A stretch of DNA of 63,096 bases, counting the filler, from Reticulomyxa filosa (taxonomy: Eukaryota > Protista > Foraminifera), in NCBI GenBank assembly GCA_000512085.1. It is 17 parts of 17 records of this genome, joined end to end, with 100 filler letters (N's around TTAATTAATTAA, not from the genome) between each part and the next. Parts side by side here need not be neighbours in the genome. Positions count along the whole stretch, not along the records: positions 1 to 8,254 come from ASPP01029225.1; positions 8,355 to 11,530 come from ASPP01021913.1; positions 11,631 to 16,597 come from ASPP01004296.1; 14 more parts are not named here. The stretch is one strand, 5' to 3'. The notes beneath the pieces were generated by a model that made no database searches, was not told the DNA's origin, and saw nothing but the letters and a program-made list of their open reading frames with translations. Below, piece by piece: positions 1 through 11,699 of the stretch (the first letter of the stretch is position 1; each line of letters opens with the position of its first letter). The position numbers and the translations under genes were made by a program.

Positions 1-1573
1 CTTGTTGCATTAAAGTTTTATTTATAGTTAGAAATGATGAATCCAATGTTTGCCAATTCTAAACTGACGCCTTTTCAAATATTCCACTGTTTCAAGCCTG
101 CTTCAAATTTTAAGGGAACTTGTGCTATTCCACCAAAGCGTAAATAATTCAACAAAATTCCATTATCAATCGTATGAAAATTAAATACTATAGTACTCAT
201 GATATGTCGTAATAAGCAATTCTCGCAAAATCCAAGTGAACTTTGGAGCACTTTTTTTTATTAAGCAATTCAAGCTAAATGATAATGAGACAATTTTTAC
301 AATTATTTTCTTGCTTAATGTCCTTTATTTTGGATTATTTTTTAAATGTTGACCAATTTTTTGTGAGGACCCCACGGCAAAAAAAAAAAAAAAAAATCGT
401 TTGCCTTCGTAAACAGAAATTTGTTCGTCTTTGCTAATACTACAAAGTTAGTTTTGTGTAGAAGAAAACATATTTGGAACGGCATACAGCTGGGTATTAC
501 AAACTGATGAACACTCAGTTTTTAACGTTCCGAGAATAAAGGTCATACCAGAAAGAAAATGTTTTTTTTTGGATCATTTTTTCTGTCAAAGGAAAGATTA
601 TGGCCTACATCAAAATATTTTAAAATAGTTGATTGTATTTTCTTGTTTTCAAAAAAATGATGTGTTTTTTTTAGAGTGCGAATTCGCGAAGCGGTTAAAG
701 ATTGAAACTGTAATCATAATTGATAATTTTTTCTCTGATTATCATAGCGAAACTGTTTTTTCAACTTGTGTGATATTTTTATCAATATTGATATTATTTT
801 GTTTGTTTTTTAAAATAAAAGTTCAACCAAAAACTATACAACGATAAGAACTCATAAAAAGTTGTTATTATCAACACGTTCTCTTGATTAACTCATATCA
901 AGATATTTAACAAAGTGTAAGAAAGTTTTGAAAACAAGTAAAAAATGTTTGACAGAACAAAAAAAAAATAATCCTTCAAATAATCCAACATATCATTTCC
1001 AACATTCTGATCCCTTCTAAACAACAATAAAAAGCACAGCGCCTAAAATATTACACTGTTCAACTTGAATGAAAATTTGAAAACAAATCACAATGAATAT
1101 AATAAATGTGTTAATGAAAAAAAAAAGGATATAGCAAGTATTAAGCATTTGTTGCAATCATGAATACGTATTTATTGCAGCATTACTTAAAAAATGAATA
1201 ATGTCCTCCATAACTGAGTTATTATTATTTTTGTTTTGTAATAAAAAGCTAATGGATAAAATTTTGTTGAATAGTATTCAAAAAAAATAAACAAACTGAA
1301 AGCAATGAATGGAAAGTGAACGAATTACGCGTTATTTGAATCGTATAGAAAAACAAAAATATAAAATAACAGAATGTGTATGTGATAATTGATAAAATTA
1401 AAAAAATTTACAAATGAAATTTTTTCGACAATACGAGGAAAGTTTAAAAATTCAAGATTTGGTTGGAGTATTCATTGTCACGTAAAATGTCTTTTTCGTT
1501 TTTCAAAAGGGATATGCACGTTCCCTTTTTTTAAAAAAATTAAAAATTACTTGAATTTAGCAAAATTAACAAC

Positions 1574-2991
1574 ATGGGTAATCGAACTATAACACAAAAA
1601 CCTCCTGAAAGACAAACCAGGCAAAAGCAAAAGCTTACTCCCTCAACTTCTTTTCAAGATTTGAACGATTTCTCTACAACAACTGTCGAACAAAGTCAGC
1701 ATATTATTACACCAGCTCCCTTTCAAAGTTTGGATGAATTGCCCATTTTGCTTTCTGGATCTCAATGTGTGCTACACAAAAATGAAATTCTCATTTGTGG
1801 AGGTGAAAATGAAAGAAGCTGTTATTCTTATCATACAATCAAAAATGAATACAAGTTTATCTGTAGTTATCCAAGTGATGTTATATTAGAAGGACACTGT
1901 GTAGTGAAACTGGCAGAAAATAACAACAAAGACAACAATGACATCAGTGAAATCACTTTGCTGTCGTTTGGTGGAAAATATAAACATACCTTGGTGATGA
2001 AATATGTCAATTTTTGGAATAGTGAAAATTATTTGAAAGTGAAGCGCTATTTCAATATGTTGGAATACAATGGTACAATCGGTGTAGAGGAATTAAACGA
2101 ACCAGACAAATATAACATATGGATTCCTCTCACAGACAATCACAACCATTCAATTAGCATTGGAAGAGATGAAGATCAATATCTTGGAGTGCGTGCAGTG
2201 ATTGGTGGAAGCAACAATCATTTGTTATTTATCACTTATTATAAAAATAATATTAGCGTGTTTGATTTAAATACATTTCAATTTATTAAACATGATACCT
2301 TACCAACTAATAATTACATTCGCTATCATTGCTTTGTATCAAATTCAGAAAATGGACAAGAAATGATGAAAATAAATCAAGAAAAAAAAAAGAAAAAAAG
2401 TTATGAAATGCTGTTGTTTTGTAAAAAGACAGGATTATCAATAAAATATGATGAAGATAACAACGCTTTTCGATTTCATCGATTACCTGTTTTTGATGAC
2501 ATTTCACCATTCAATAAATATGCATATGTGCGTGTCAATGACGTCATTTTGTTCTTTGGCGGATGTTGCTGGAGAGGTGATATGCGTATTGTTTCAAAAG
2601 CGTTGCACAGGTATTTTATACAAAGAAATACATGGATTACATTTGAATACACTTTGTCTACTCCATTGTATAACTGCTTTGGGATATTAGATGAAGACAA
2701 CACTAATATACATATCATTGGTGGAAGTAATAATGACAAAGGCATGATATTCAATCACATGAAGACAAATGTAAGCGAATGGATATATCCACAGCTGGTA
2801 AACTTCTTGCAATCCTTCAAATTTCTTGTTTTTTTAAAACACAACCGAAATTTATTGCATAAAACTAATACAAAAATTAACAGTCAAAAAATAACATCAA
2901 ATTTATTTGCCAATATTGGATTCGAATTTTAAAGATAAGATTAGGATGGATTGACGATTTTAACAAAATTATTATCAAATATGTTAGGTAA
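1574..2991 (+). CDS. Kelch/galactose-oxidase-like beta-propeller protein of a lineage-expanded family; join(1574..2797,2884..2991)
   Basis: Kelch-type GG blades (ILICGG..CYSYH, LLSFGG, AVIGG, ILFFGG, IHIIGG). GT..AG intron 2798..2883 with a branch-like ACTAA. Exon 2 encodes YWIRILKIRLGWIDDFNKIIIKY, also seen degenerate in the paralogue at 31130..32298. The gene may splice onward at AG|GTAATA (2988). Confidence 0.8.
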
Positions 2992-3059
2992 TATCTTTGT
3001 TTTAAATATATAAATAATTGTTATGATGTACCTTGTATCTTCAAATGGGCAATACATTT

Positions 3060-3545
3060 TCAACTGTCGATAATTTTACGAGCACATCACAAATCAGTGA
3101 GAAGTATAAGATTTTTGGCAGATGATCACAAAATTGTTTCGGCATACTGTCCGAATATGCGATATTGCATCGGAAAAAAACTTCAATGTTTCATGGGACA
3201 TACTGGTTTTGTCTATACTGCAAAATTTTCACCAGTGAATATACTGTTATTTTATGTTCAGTAGACGCTTATGGGATGTTAATACAGGAACTGAGATAAT
3301 GAAATTAGAAGGAGATCTTGATAGTATATAAGATATTGAATCTTGTCCAGATGAAAAATATATTGTATCAGGTTCACAAAATAGTACAATAAGATTATGA
3401 GATATATATTTTGGAATAGAAATAAGACAATTGTTAGGGCGTTCAAAAAGTGTGTTGAATAAGTCAAGTGCATGATATACAATATTTTCCGGATGGTCAA
3501 ACAATTGTATCATGTCCAAGTAATAATACAATTTGACTGTGGATA
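3060..3545 (+). pseudogene. Decayed WD40-repeat coding sequence
   Basis: Manual translation across frameshifts and stops gives GHTGFVYTAKFSP, LWDVNTGTEIMKLEG, KYIVSGSQNSTIRL*DI and FPDGQTIVSCPSNNTI*LW. Confidence 0.75.
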
Positions 3546-3689
3546 ATACAAACATGAACAGATGCTTTCTTTTGTATGTAATTATAAATTTAATAAAATA
3601 ATGCAAAATAAATTTGACTAGATCATATATTTTTTTTCATATTTTTCAGATTACTATTAAATCTTTTCACAACTATTAATTTCAAACTG

Positions 3690-3860
3690 AACAATGGAAT
3701 TGAATTTTCACCATTTAATGGTGGTAGATATCTGTGTTCTGGATCTAAAGACAAAACTATTCGTTTATGGGATGTTCAAACATCCAAATCATTAAATATA
3801 TTTAATGGACATGAAAGTTGTGTTCGGTGTGTTGATATTTCATTACAAAGTAATGCTACC
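3690..3860 (+). pseudogene. WD40-repeat fragment
   Basis: Encodes IEFSPFNGGRYLCSGSKDKTIRLWDVQTSKSLNIFNGHESCVRCVDIS, with no intact start or flanking ORF. Confidence 0.75.
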
Positions 3861-4399
3861 AATATTAATACAAGTATATTTTATATAATGTAACATCTTG
3901 TTAAATTGACATGTAATCAAATATAAAGCAAAATGGCGCGGGAGATGGAGTGCTGATGTTACGTGAGATGTTTTTCCAAAGGTGGTGACACATTAGTGGA
4001 ACTGTTCCAGGACACTATCTGCAGAAAATCTTACACTATTCACTTTGCTTTGCTAACACTGTCGTTTTTACTTAGACAAATCTTTGTGAGAATTGAAACA
4101 AGTATATTTACATTGTTATTCTGTTTCGATTGCCGCTACATTCCACAATCATGACAAAGTTGTTTCTTTTATTTAATTGTTTTCTTTTTGGACAAATTTG
4201 ATAATTTCAAGTTTAGAAAGAAAAAATATATTTCAAATATGTTTTTGCAAAGCATTTAGCGTGCCAATAGGCGTGGCTGTAGATTTTTTTTATCCACTTT
4301 TTCCATTTTTTTTTAAGAGTATTGATCTTTTATGTTTTTCTCCGAATGTGACACAAAAAAATTTCTAAATAATTATTTTTCAATACGAGTTCAAAAGTT

Positions 4400-4670
4400 C
4401 CACCATATTACACAACAAACATTTGCAACAAAGTTAAGCCTTTTGCATCTTTCCAAGTACTGTCCTTCAATGACAAACCAGTCCCTTGAACACCACCTTG
4501 CCATTGTCAGGTGGAAACTGAACAGAAAAAGCATAACCTAAATGTCTTTCCAAAGATTGAAATTGTTTTCCAGATGCTGCATTTCACAATTTAATAGTAT
4601 TGTCTGTCATTTGAACCAGATACAATTCTGTTTCCATCAGCAGAAAATTGAACAGAACGTGAATGGATTA
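4400..4670 (-). pseudogene. Relic of a WD40 protein C-terminus
   Basis: RSVQFSADGNRIVSGSND is followed, after disruptions, by GLSLKDSTWKDAKGLT. Stops and frameshifts are present. Confidence 0.6.
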
Positions 4671-5034
4671 ATAAATTCTCCTTTTTGTTTCTGCAACAGT
4701 ACAAGCAACAACTCACTATATGGAAAGTCAAGCAAACTTGGAAAATAAAAACATAAAATAAAAAAAGAGTTTCTTTTTTAGTCTTTTCTTTCATTTTTAT
4801 ATTTTATTCAACTTAGATGTTTATGTTATTCTATATTGAAATTGCCAACTTTTTCTTCTTTTCTTTCTTCAATTTTTCCAAGTCAAATACAACAAAAAAG
4901 TATTTTCTTTGTGGGCTCTAAAACAAAGCATGTAAAAAATTTGAAACAATGAGATTTCATTTCGGTTCAAAGAACCAAAAAAGCAGTAAAAACTCTTGTA
5001 TCACGTTCGCAAGCAATAAACATAATTTTATATC

Positions 5035-6663
5035 ATGACCACGGTGGATCGCTTTGGCTTATTATGTGATCTCCAAGGAATTTTATCTCAAGCCGCTAAT
5101 GAGTTAGATTTTCCGGATTTCGTAGTTCGCCTTGGCGGAGCGCTACAAAAAATTTATCCTCAATTTGCGGACAGTAAGACAATATTTTGTTCACTGATAT
5201 TCCAGCAGCTGTATCAAAATTTGGAAAATACATCGGAGGAGGCATTGAAAGAAGCAATTGAATACATGAAGCCGCGTCCACAACGGAATCGCAACACAAA
5301 TAGCAGCAATAGTTTGTGCATGCTTGCACTTAACACAGACGTGATGGTATATGTATTTCAATATTTGGAGGCAGAAGACCTGCTGAACATGCAAAAGGCA
5401 TGCAGAAGATTTATGCAGATATCAAGAATGGCATTGAGAACACTGTTTAAAAACAATGAAAGAGTGAAGATGATGAGATTGGATTTGGCGACATTGCCGA
5501 CGATGACGTGTATAAAATTGTGGCCCTACTATTTTGCAAAGACGTTATACGTAGAAAATTGTGGAGCCATAATGTCCGTGAAGGATTGCGCAGCAATGTT
5601 GCAAATGGTGATTACACGCAACTTGCCATACATTGAAGAGCTGTGTTATGAAGATGGGAACATTGATTTTTACGACGTGTTGATGAGCTGTTTTTTTCAT
5701 AAATTAAAAATATTGGAATTGCAGCCCTGTGACAAACATGAATTTCGTGCAAGAGGGATTGATAAGTTTTTGGAACATCACTCCGAAACTCTCACAACGA
5801 TCCGAGTGATTGACACATGTATCCCTCTGAGCGAGTTATTCCAATACCAAAATATTAAGCGTTACGAGTTCATTGGACGAATGGAGCGAATTTCTGTCCC
5901 ATCCTTTCCATTCCATCACGTCAAAGAAATTGTGTTGGAAGACTGCAGCAACGTACCCTTGCCTGGATTGCTGCATGCCAAACTGGAGGTCTTGCACATT
6001 ATTCAACGTAAACCTGTTCCTTATTTTCCGGTCCCTGTATTCTTCACGGACGTGAAATTGACGAAGCTACGCGAATTTGAGTTGTTCGATCCCTATCATG
6101 TCTTTCAGTCGTTCTTTGTTAAAGTAATACTGCCGATGATCACAAACTATTCGCTCCTCGGGCAAAGCCCTATCAGACACTTTGCATGTTTGGAGAGGGT
6201 TTTGTTGACGCTGAACAATACCTACTTCTTCGTCGATAAGTTAAACACGAACAACAACAACAGCAACAGTAATGATGATGGTGATAATGGTAATGATGAT
6301 GGTGATAATGGTAATAATGGTGGTGGTGATGATGATGATGATGATGATGACTATCGTGATCTTCGGAAACATATGCGAGACTTTGTCAAAAAAATAATGA
6401 CCGTCTTTGCAAACGTAAAGTACTTGGCTCTAAAGTTTGAAGGTAACTCTGGACCTTTGATTGATGAATTCCAAAATTGGCTATACACAAATCCATATCT
6501 TATGCCTCTGTTGCTCGAACTCCATCCCCATTTCGACACGGTCGCTGACTCCGTCTTGTTCCAATCAGACGTGCGAGGACTGTGTGTCAAGCACGGCTTT
6601 CTGTTCGACGACTATAGTCTCAACTGTGGCGTTCGGGTCATCTGTCCAAAATTGGAAAAGTGA
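5035..6663 (+). CDS. F-box/LRR-like protein, 542 aa, intronless
   Basis: F-box-like segment LALNTDVMVYVFQYLEAEDLLNMQKACRRFMQI, followed by LxxLxL-type repeats (LKILEL, LEVLHI, LREFEL) and an Asn/Asp/Gly microsatellite insert. Confidence 0.7.
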   Translation: MTTVDRFGLLCDLQGILSQAANELDFPDFVVRLGGALQKIYPQFADSKTIFCSLIFQQLYQNLENTSEEALKEAIEYMKPRPQRNRNTNSSNSLCMLALNTDVMVYVFQYLEAEDLLNMQKACRRFMQISRMALRTLFKNNERVKMMRLDLATLPTMTCIKLWPYYFAKTLYVENCGAIMSVKDCAAMLQMVITRNLPYIEELCYEDGNIDFYDVLMSCFFHKLKILELQPCDKHEFRARGIDKFLEHHSETLTTIRVIDTCIPLSELFQYQNIKRYEFIGRMERISVPSFPFHHVKEIVLEDCSNVPLPGLLHAKLEVLHIIQRKPVPYFPVPVFFTDVKLTKLREFELFDPYHVFQSFFVKVILPMITNYSLLGQSPIRHFACLERVLLTLNNTYFFVDKLNTNNNNSNSNDDGDNGNDDGDNGNNGGGDDDDDDDDYRDLRKHMRDFVKKIMTVFANVKYLALKFEGNSGPLIDEFQNWLYTNPYLMPLLLELHPHFDTVADSVLFQSDVRGLCVKHGFLFDDYSLNCGVRVICPKLEK

Positions 6664-7025
6664 CTCTTTTTTTTTTTCCTCGTGAAATTGCGTCCTGACA
6701 AACAAACAAGCAGAAATCATAACATGTTCGTCACTTTTATTGAGTATTTTCTTCAATTTATAAAGTAAAATGTATTCACTTTTGATGAGGCAAGTCTGCA
6801 ATTAAGTTAATATAAACGAAGTAGCAGGGAATATAGTAGCATATATTGGCATAGAAATAAGATCTTTGTTACACAAAGGAATACAACCCAATTTACTTAA
6901 AAAAAAAAAAATTCCTTTGATCACGGATCATATTGTTATATTTTTTCACTGCCTTGTAAAAAAAAAAAAAAGCAAAAGCTTGTATATCCCTTCATCCATT
7001 ATTGTGACTATTTACATAAATTACA

Positions 7026-7752
7026 ATGGGACAAGCTTTCAGCAATCTCACATTGGCAGGACCATCTCCAAAAGACGCGTATTTTGAAACTTTTCAATCA
7101 TTTAATAAAATATTCCAGCCGCTGCCAACAGATAAGCTGCAAAGGCCACAACAAGACAAAGACGATGAAAGCAAAGGGAAAATCCGCAGCTGTGTGATAT
7201 ACTACAACGGGACATTTGCGCCGATTCATCCCGGACATGTGGACACGATGAAAACGGCCAAATCGTACTTGGAGCAAAATGGGTTTCGAGTATTGGGAGT
7301 GTATCTGTCGCCATGTTGGAATGGTTACTTGCGAAATAAGATGAGCCATTATGGCAATGCATTCATTTCACATTTGCACAGACTGCAAATGTGCGAACTC
7401 GCAAGTCAAGTTTAGCATTACAATTTTTTTTTTTTTTAAAAAAATATTTTTAAATAATGTAATATTTAAAAAAATATATGTTTGGTATTTTTGAAATGCA
7501 AAAAAAAAAAAAAAAAAAGATGATAGATTGTGCAATGGTGGACACCAACGAGTGCTTTGCAAGTGAGTTCAATCATCCCACCACCACCATTGTGCAATTC
7601 CGACAGCGTCTGATCGAGACGTTGGGCGAAACTGCCAATGATATCGATATTGTTTGGTTGAAAGGGTCTGACAATGGCATGTCCATGTTGCCGGATCAGA
7701 TGGAGTATGTTCGACAGCTCATTGTTGTCAATCGCACGGAGTTACTTACAAA

Positions 7753-7790
<38 letters not shown>

Positions 7791-8192
7791 ATATATATAT
7801 TTATTTATACATATATATATTTATATATAATAAGTTTTGCAAAATTGGAAAACGACTTACTACGCCGTACACGAGAATTGAATGAAGAAAAAGGCGAGAA
7901 AACGAGCGAATGTCCGTATTATATGGTCGCGTACTCGAAGTCGTCGCTGAATCTGTCGTCGACAAAGATCCGCCAGTATTGCTACGATAGCGACTTGGAG
8001 TCATTGCGAAAGCTCTACTCGCTGCATCAGTTGGAGAAAATCGCCGAGTATTTGATCGAGCATCGCCTGTGGTCGAAAGAGCACTGTCAGCTGCACTGCG
8101 CACTGTTCGAAGGCAAGGAGGCAAGCGTCGACAATTCGACCGAAGAAGAAAAGACGGTTGAGTCAATAATCGGAGAGATTGTTACCAACGAG
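7026..8192 (+). CDS. NMNAT/NadD-like HxGH nucleotidyltransferase; spliced, 3' end possibly cut by the contig end
   Basis: Motifs YYNGTFAPIHPGH, GVYLSP, HRLQMCELA, WLKGSD, IVVNR, LSSTKIR and AEYLIEHRLW occur in NMNAT order. Introns at about 7410..7519 and 7741..7834, with a further donor at 8193. Confidence 0.8.
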
Positions 8193-8222
8193 GTGAGTTT
8201 AAAAAAAAAAATAAATAAATAC

Positions 8223-8254
<32 letters not shown>

Positions 8255-8354
8255 NNNNNNNNNNNNNNNNNNNNNNNNNNNNNNNNNNNNNNNNNNNNTT
8301 AATTAATTAANNNNNNNNNNNNNNNNNNNNNNNNNNNNNNNNNNNNNNNNNNNN
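8255..8354. other. Artificial contig-joining spacer (first of 16)
   Basis: 44 N + TTAATTAATTAA (stops in all six frames) + 44 N. The other 100-nt spacers start at 11531, 16598, 18583, 23337, 26123, 27532, 30683, 32574, 34800, 38502, 44009, 49072, 51662, 52901 and 58799. Confidence 0.98.
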
Positions 8355-9244
8355 TATTGAAAATGAATTTAATAAGAGATGGTTCACTGCTTCTGAATTT
8401 TATTCTGTTTTTTCCAAATTATATTTAGATCGAGTTTCTTCTGATTGCCCAAAAGATTTGGCTACTTGTGAAAGAATTATTCGCACTGCTAGACATCCCA
8501 ACTCTAAATTCAAAATGTTTCACAGAAAAAAGAAAAGTAATGGGCGCGTTGTCAATGCTTACTACTTTTATTGTTTTCCTATTCAACAATGTCAAGTTTG
8601 CAATACCTATTAAATTTAGATCCAATCCTTTTTTTTAACTAATCCTTCTTTTAACGATTACCATTTCCGACTTTGTGCCGGTTAATCTACCAAACATGAG
8701 CAAAATCAACTTACTGATACAACAACAATGGATGAGGTACGGGTTGTCTTAGTAAACTGTTTTTATTCTAATTAACTATCAACATTTGATACCTCGTTTG
8801 AAAATATGACAAAATATCGTATTAAATGAAAATAGATAAAGTTAAACTACTTATACTGTCACACTAACTGTAAGGACAAAAAAATTCTTTACAACTGGTA
8901 GTGAAAATTCTTCATAATGGATAAAATTTATTTATGTTAATATCACACGACATAGGAAATAATCTCAAACAATGACAATAAACAGAATAAGAAGAAAACA
9001 TTAGATAATTATTTTATGACACGAAGGACAAAAGTTTTGACATGGAAATGTCAGTTTTCTATTTGAAAAAAGATATTTTAAAAATTTTTTGAAAATAGCT
9101 ACAAATCTTCAATTGTTCCAAAAAGCATAGCATTTTTACTTAGGGTAATGCCAAAAATTACAAAGTTGACACGTCTCTTTTGAACGGGTGAAGTGTTTGA
9201 CCCAAACTTTGCTAACACTGTTTACAGTATTTTTTTATTGTTGA

Positions 9245-11530
9245 ATGGAATCGCTTCCAAGTAAGTAAAAAAGAATATACAAAATGAAAGCTGTAACATT
9301 TTGTTTTTTTTCTGGACAAAAAAGAAACCTCGACCGACGGACAGAACTCTTCAAAGGACAGCATAAGCGAGCAAAAAGAGAATGATAATCTTCATTTTTC
9401 TAGAAGTGACACCATAAGCTCAGAGAACAGCACAAACGAGGAAACAAACACCTGCACCTCTGTTTTATCTGGATGTGACGCCTTGAGTTTAGAGAAGAAT
9501 ATGGAAAATTGCTCTTCAGTCCCGGTTTAGTACTGTAAAAAAAACAAGCTTATAAAATTACTCAAATCTCTTTATTTTTTTTATGTTATCTCAAATAGTC
9601 CCTTTCAGATGAAAAGAATAGCGATCAAATTTCGGACACTCCATTTTCGGTATTTTGGGTAGCCTTCTTTTAGCTTTTTTTTCCTCCAAAAAAGTTAAAA
9701 TTAATAATGAGGACAACTCTAAAAAAAAAAACAACTCTAGTCTCAACAACCTGATGCAACCAGTCGTAAAATTTATACAACATCAGTTTGACATATAAAA
9801 AAAACCCCACAAACAAATTTGTTTGGACAAGAAACTAAAAACTTAGAACTCTTAAAAAAAAACACTCTAGCCTCGACGACCTAGCGCAACTAAACACGTT
9901 TCTGAATCAGTTTGACATATAAAAAAACCCCACAAACAAATTTGTTTAGGGCAAAAAACTAAAAACTTAGCGTGTATGATGTTTGATGTGTGATATACCA
10001 AACAAGCAACAAATATGCATCGATGCATGTCGGTACGCATTGAAAAAAAATGGAGTGGCATTTATGAAGTTTTTGCAAAAAAATTATAAGCACATTAAAT
10101 GGGATGAATCATTTGAATTTAACTCTTACCAGGTGAAAAAACGTGGAGAGAATTTTTGAAAAAACACAGACTTAAATATACGTGTGTTTGTATGTGAAAT
10201 GTAAAAAGGACACGCTTTTGGCGCATTTGGTATGCCCGTTGACTGCAAATAATGTGAAATGTGCGCGGTATTTGTTGGAAACAGGATTTATGGGCCTAGA
10301 GGTGTATCAACATGTATTTGATGGCGCATTACAAACAGCGATTTCATTTCAAAACACACCAGGGATAAAGATACTATTAGCAGAAAAGTTTTCAAACAAG
10401 AAAGATAAAGTGATACGTGATTATGTAATGAAGCAAATGGTGAAAAAAAGTAAGTGTGACCAATTGTATGAAGAATTGAAGAAACAGGCCGAATTAATTG
10501 AAAAGGATAAATCCAATCAGACTGTATTGAATCTAATTATGAAAGTGTTAACCAAAACCATGATTGAAATGGTCAAGCAAGGCAAGATCTTAAGTAGCGA
10601 CGTGTTCAATCTGTGTTGGTTGCACAACAAAGACGAAATAGGAAATGCCATGCTTGAAAAGTGCAAACAATTATTAAACATTGAAAAGCTATACAATAAC
10701 ATGAACAATCAGAAATGGTTGGAAGAGTATGTCGTAAATAATCGGAATTTATTGCTTTGGATGGATGAAGTAAAAGGATCTGAGAACGAGAATAAAGAGG
10801 AAAATATAATAACTGATAACAAAGATCAAAATAAAACGTCTAAGAAACGCGTAAAGTGGCACGATCTTCAAAGGAAATGTAATGATGAAATCAAACAAGC
10901 AGAGGAAAAACTTAAGGACGCACTTGAAAAAGAGATTACATCGAGTGAGGAATCTCTGGACAATTACAAGAAACTGACTGAGTTCAAATGGGACGTGCAA
11001 TTAGCAAAAGAATGTCGCCAAGACAACTATCCCAATGGTGTGCAAAGCATATTCAACGAACAAGAGTTGTTGAATATGCAAATCAACAGTGACGATGCAA
11101 CCTTTAATCTCAAATATGTCTACGATTTTGAGATGTATTTGAACGATTTATTGGCCAGGGCTCACATCATGAACGACCCCTTCCAAGCTGAAATGGAAAA
11201 TATCTTTCGGAGTTGTGAAGGATGCAAGTTTGAACCAGGTCCAATTAAGACGCACAACCAATGCAAATTGAAAGCACAAGTAGAATACAAAGATAAAAAG
11301 TTTCCCAAATCAGCTCACATTATTGATGTATTACGATGTCAGGCCACATTCCCCAATATCGAACGTTTAGTGCAAGGATTGGAAAACTTCACTTCTTTGA
11401 TCCGTTCTCCACAATATCGTAAAAAGTTCAAAGTGGTACGCATAAAGAATGGCTTTGAGGATGCACAACAAGGGAAAAGTGATAACGACAATGACAAAAA
11501 CAAAGAGAACAAAATGACATCACTCAATAT
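9245..11530 (+). CDS. Ankyrin-like repeats + RelA/SpoT-like nucleotidyltransferase domain protein; 3' truncated
   Basis: Proposed exons: 9245..9260, 9325..9524, 9599..9649, 9712..9785, 9847..9909, 9971..10132, 10209..>11530, all with GT-AG introns. There is one 1-nt frame break near 9982-9984; alternatively the start is ATG 9986. Ankyrin-like NNVKCARYLLETG and ALQTAISFQNTPGIKILL; C-terminal GPIK..K..EY / IIDVLRCQATF / RIKNGF motifs. Confidence 0.65.
9715..9970 (+). repeat. Tandem duplication of an exon+intron unit (9715..9846 and 9847..9970)
   Basis: Both units contain a near-identical 61-nt GTTTGACATATAAAA...ACTAAAAACTTAG segment (9786..9846 and 9910..9970), each preceded by a similar short exon. 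Confidence 0.85.
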
Positions 11531-11630
11531 NNNNNNNNNNNNNNNNNNNNNNNNNNNNNNNNNNNNNNNNNNNNTTAATTAATTAANNNNNNNNNNNNNN
11601 NNNNNNNNNNNNNNNNNNNNNNNNNNNNNN

Positions 11631-11672
<42 letters not shown>

Positions 11673-11699
11673 TTCAAAACTCAATAAGTTTACATTCAC

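Noticed and set aside
629-1592. Short ORFs in AT-rich DNA, and antisense or shadow ORFs over real genes throughout the track
   Set aside because: Phe/Lys/Ile-biased composition, often TTG/GTG starts and no motifs; expected by chance.
7750-7830. (TA)n, (GT)n, (GA)n and (AAT)n microsatellites here and elsewhere
   Set aside because: Ordinary slippage repeats in introns or low-complexity exons.
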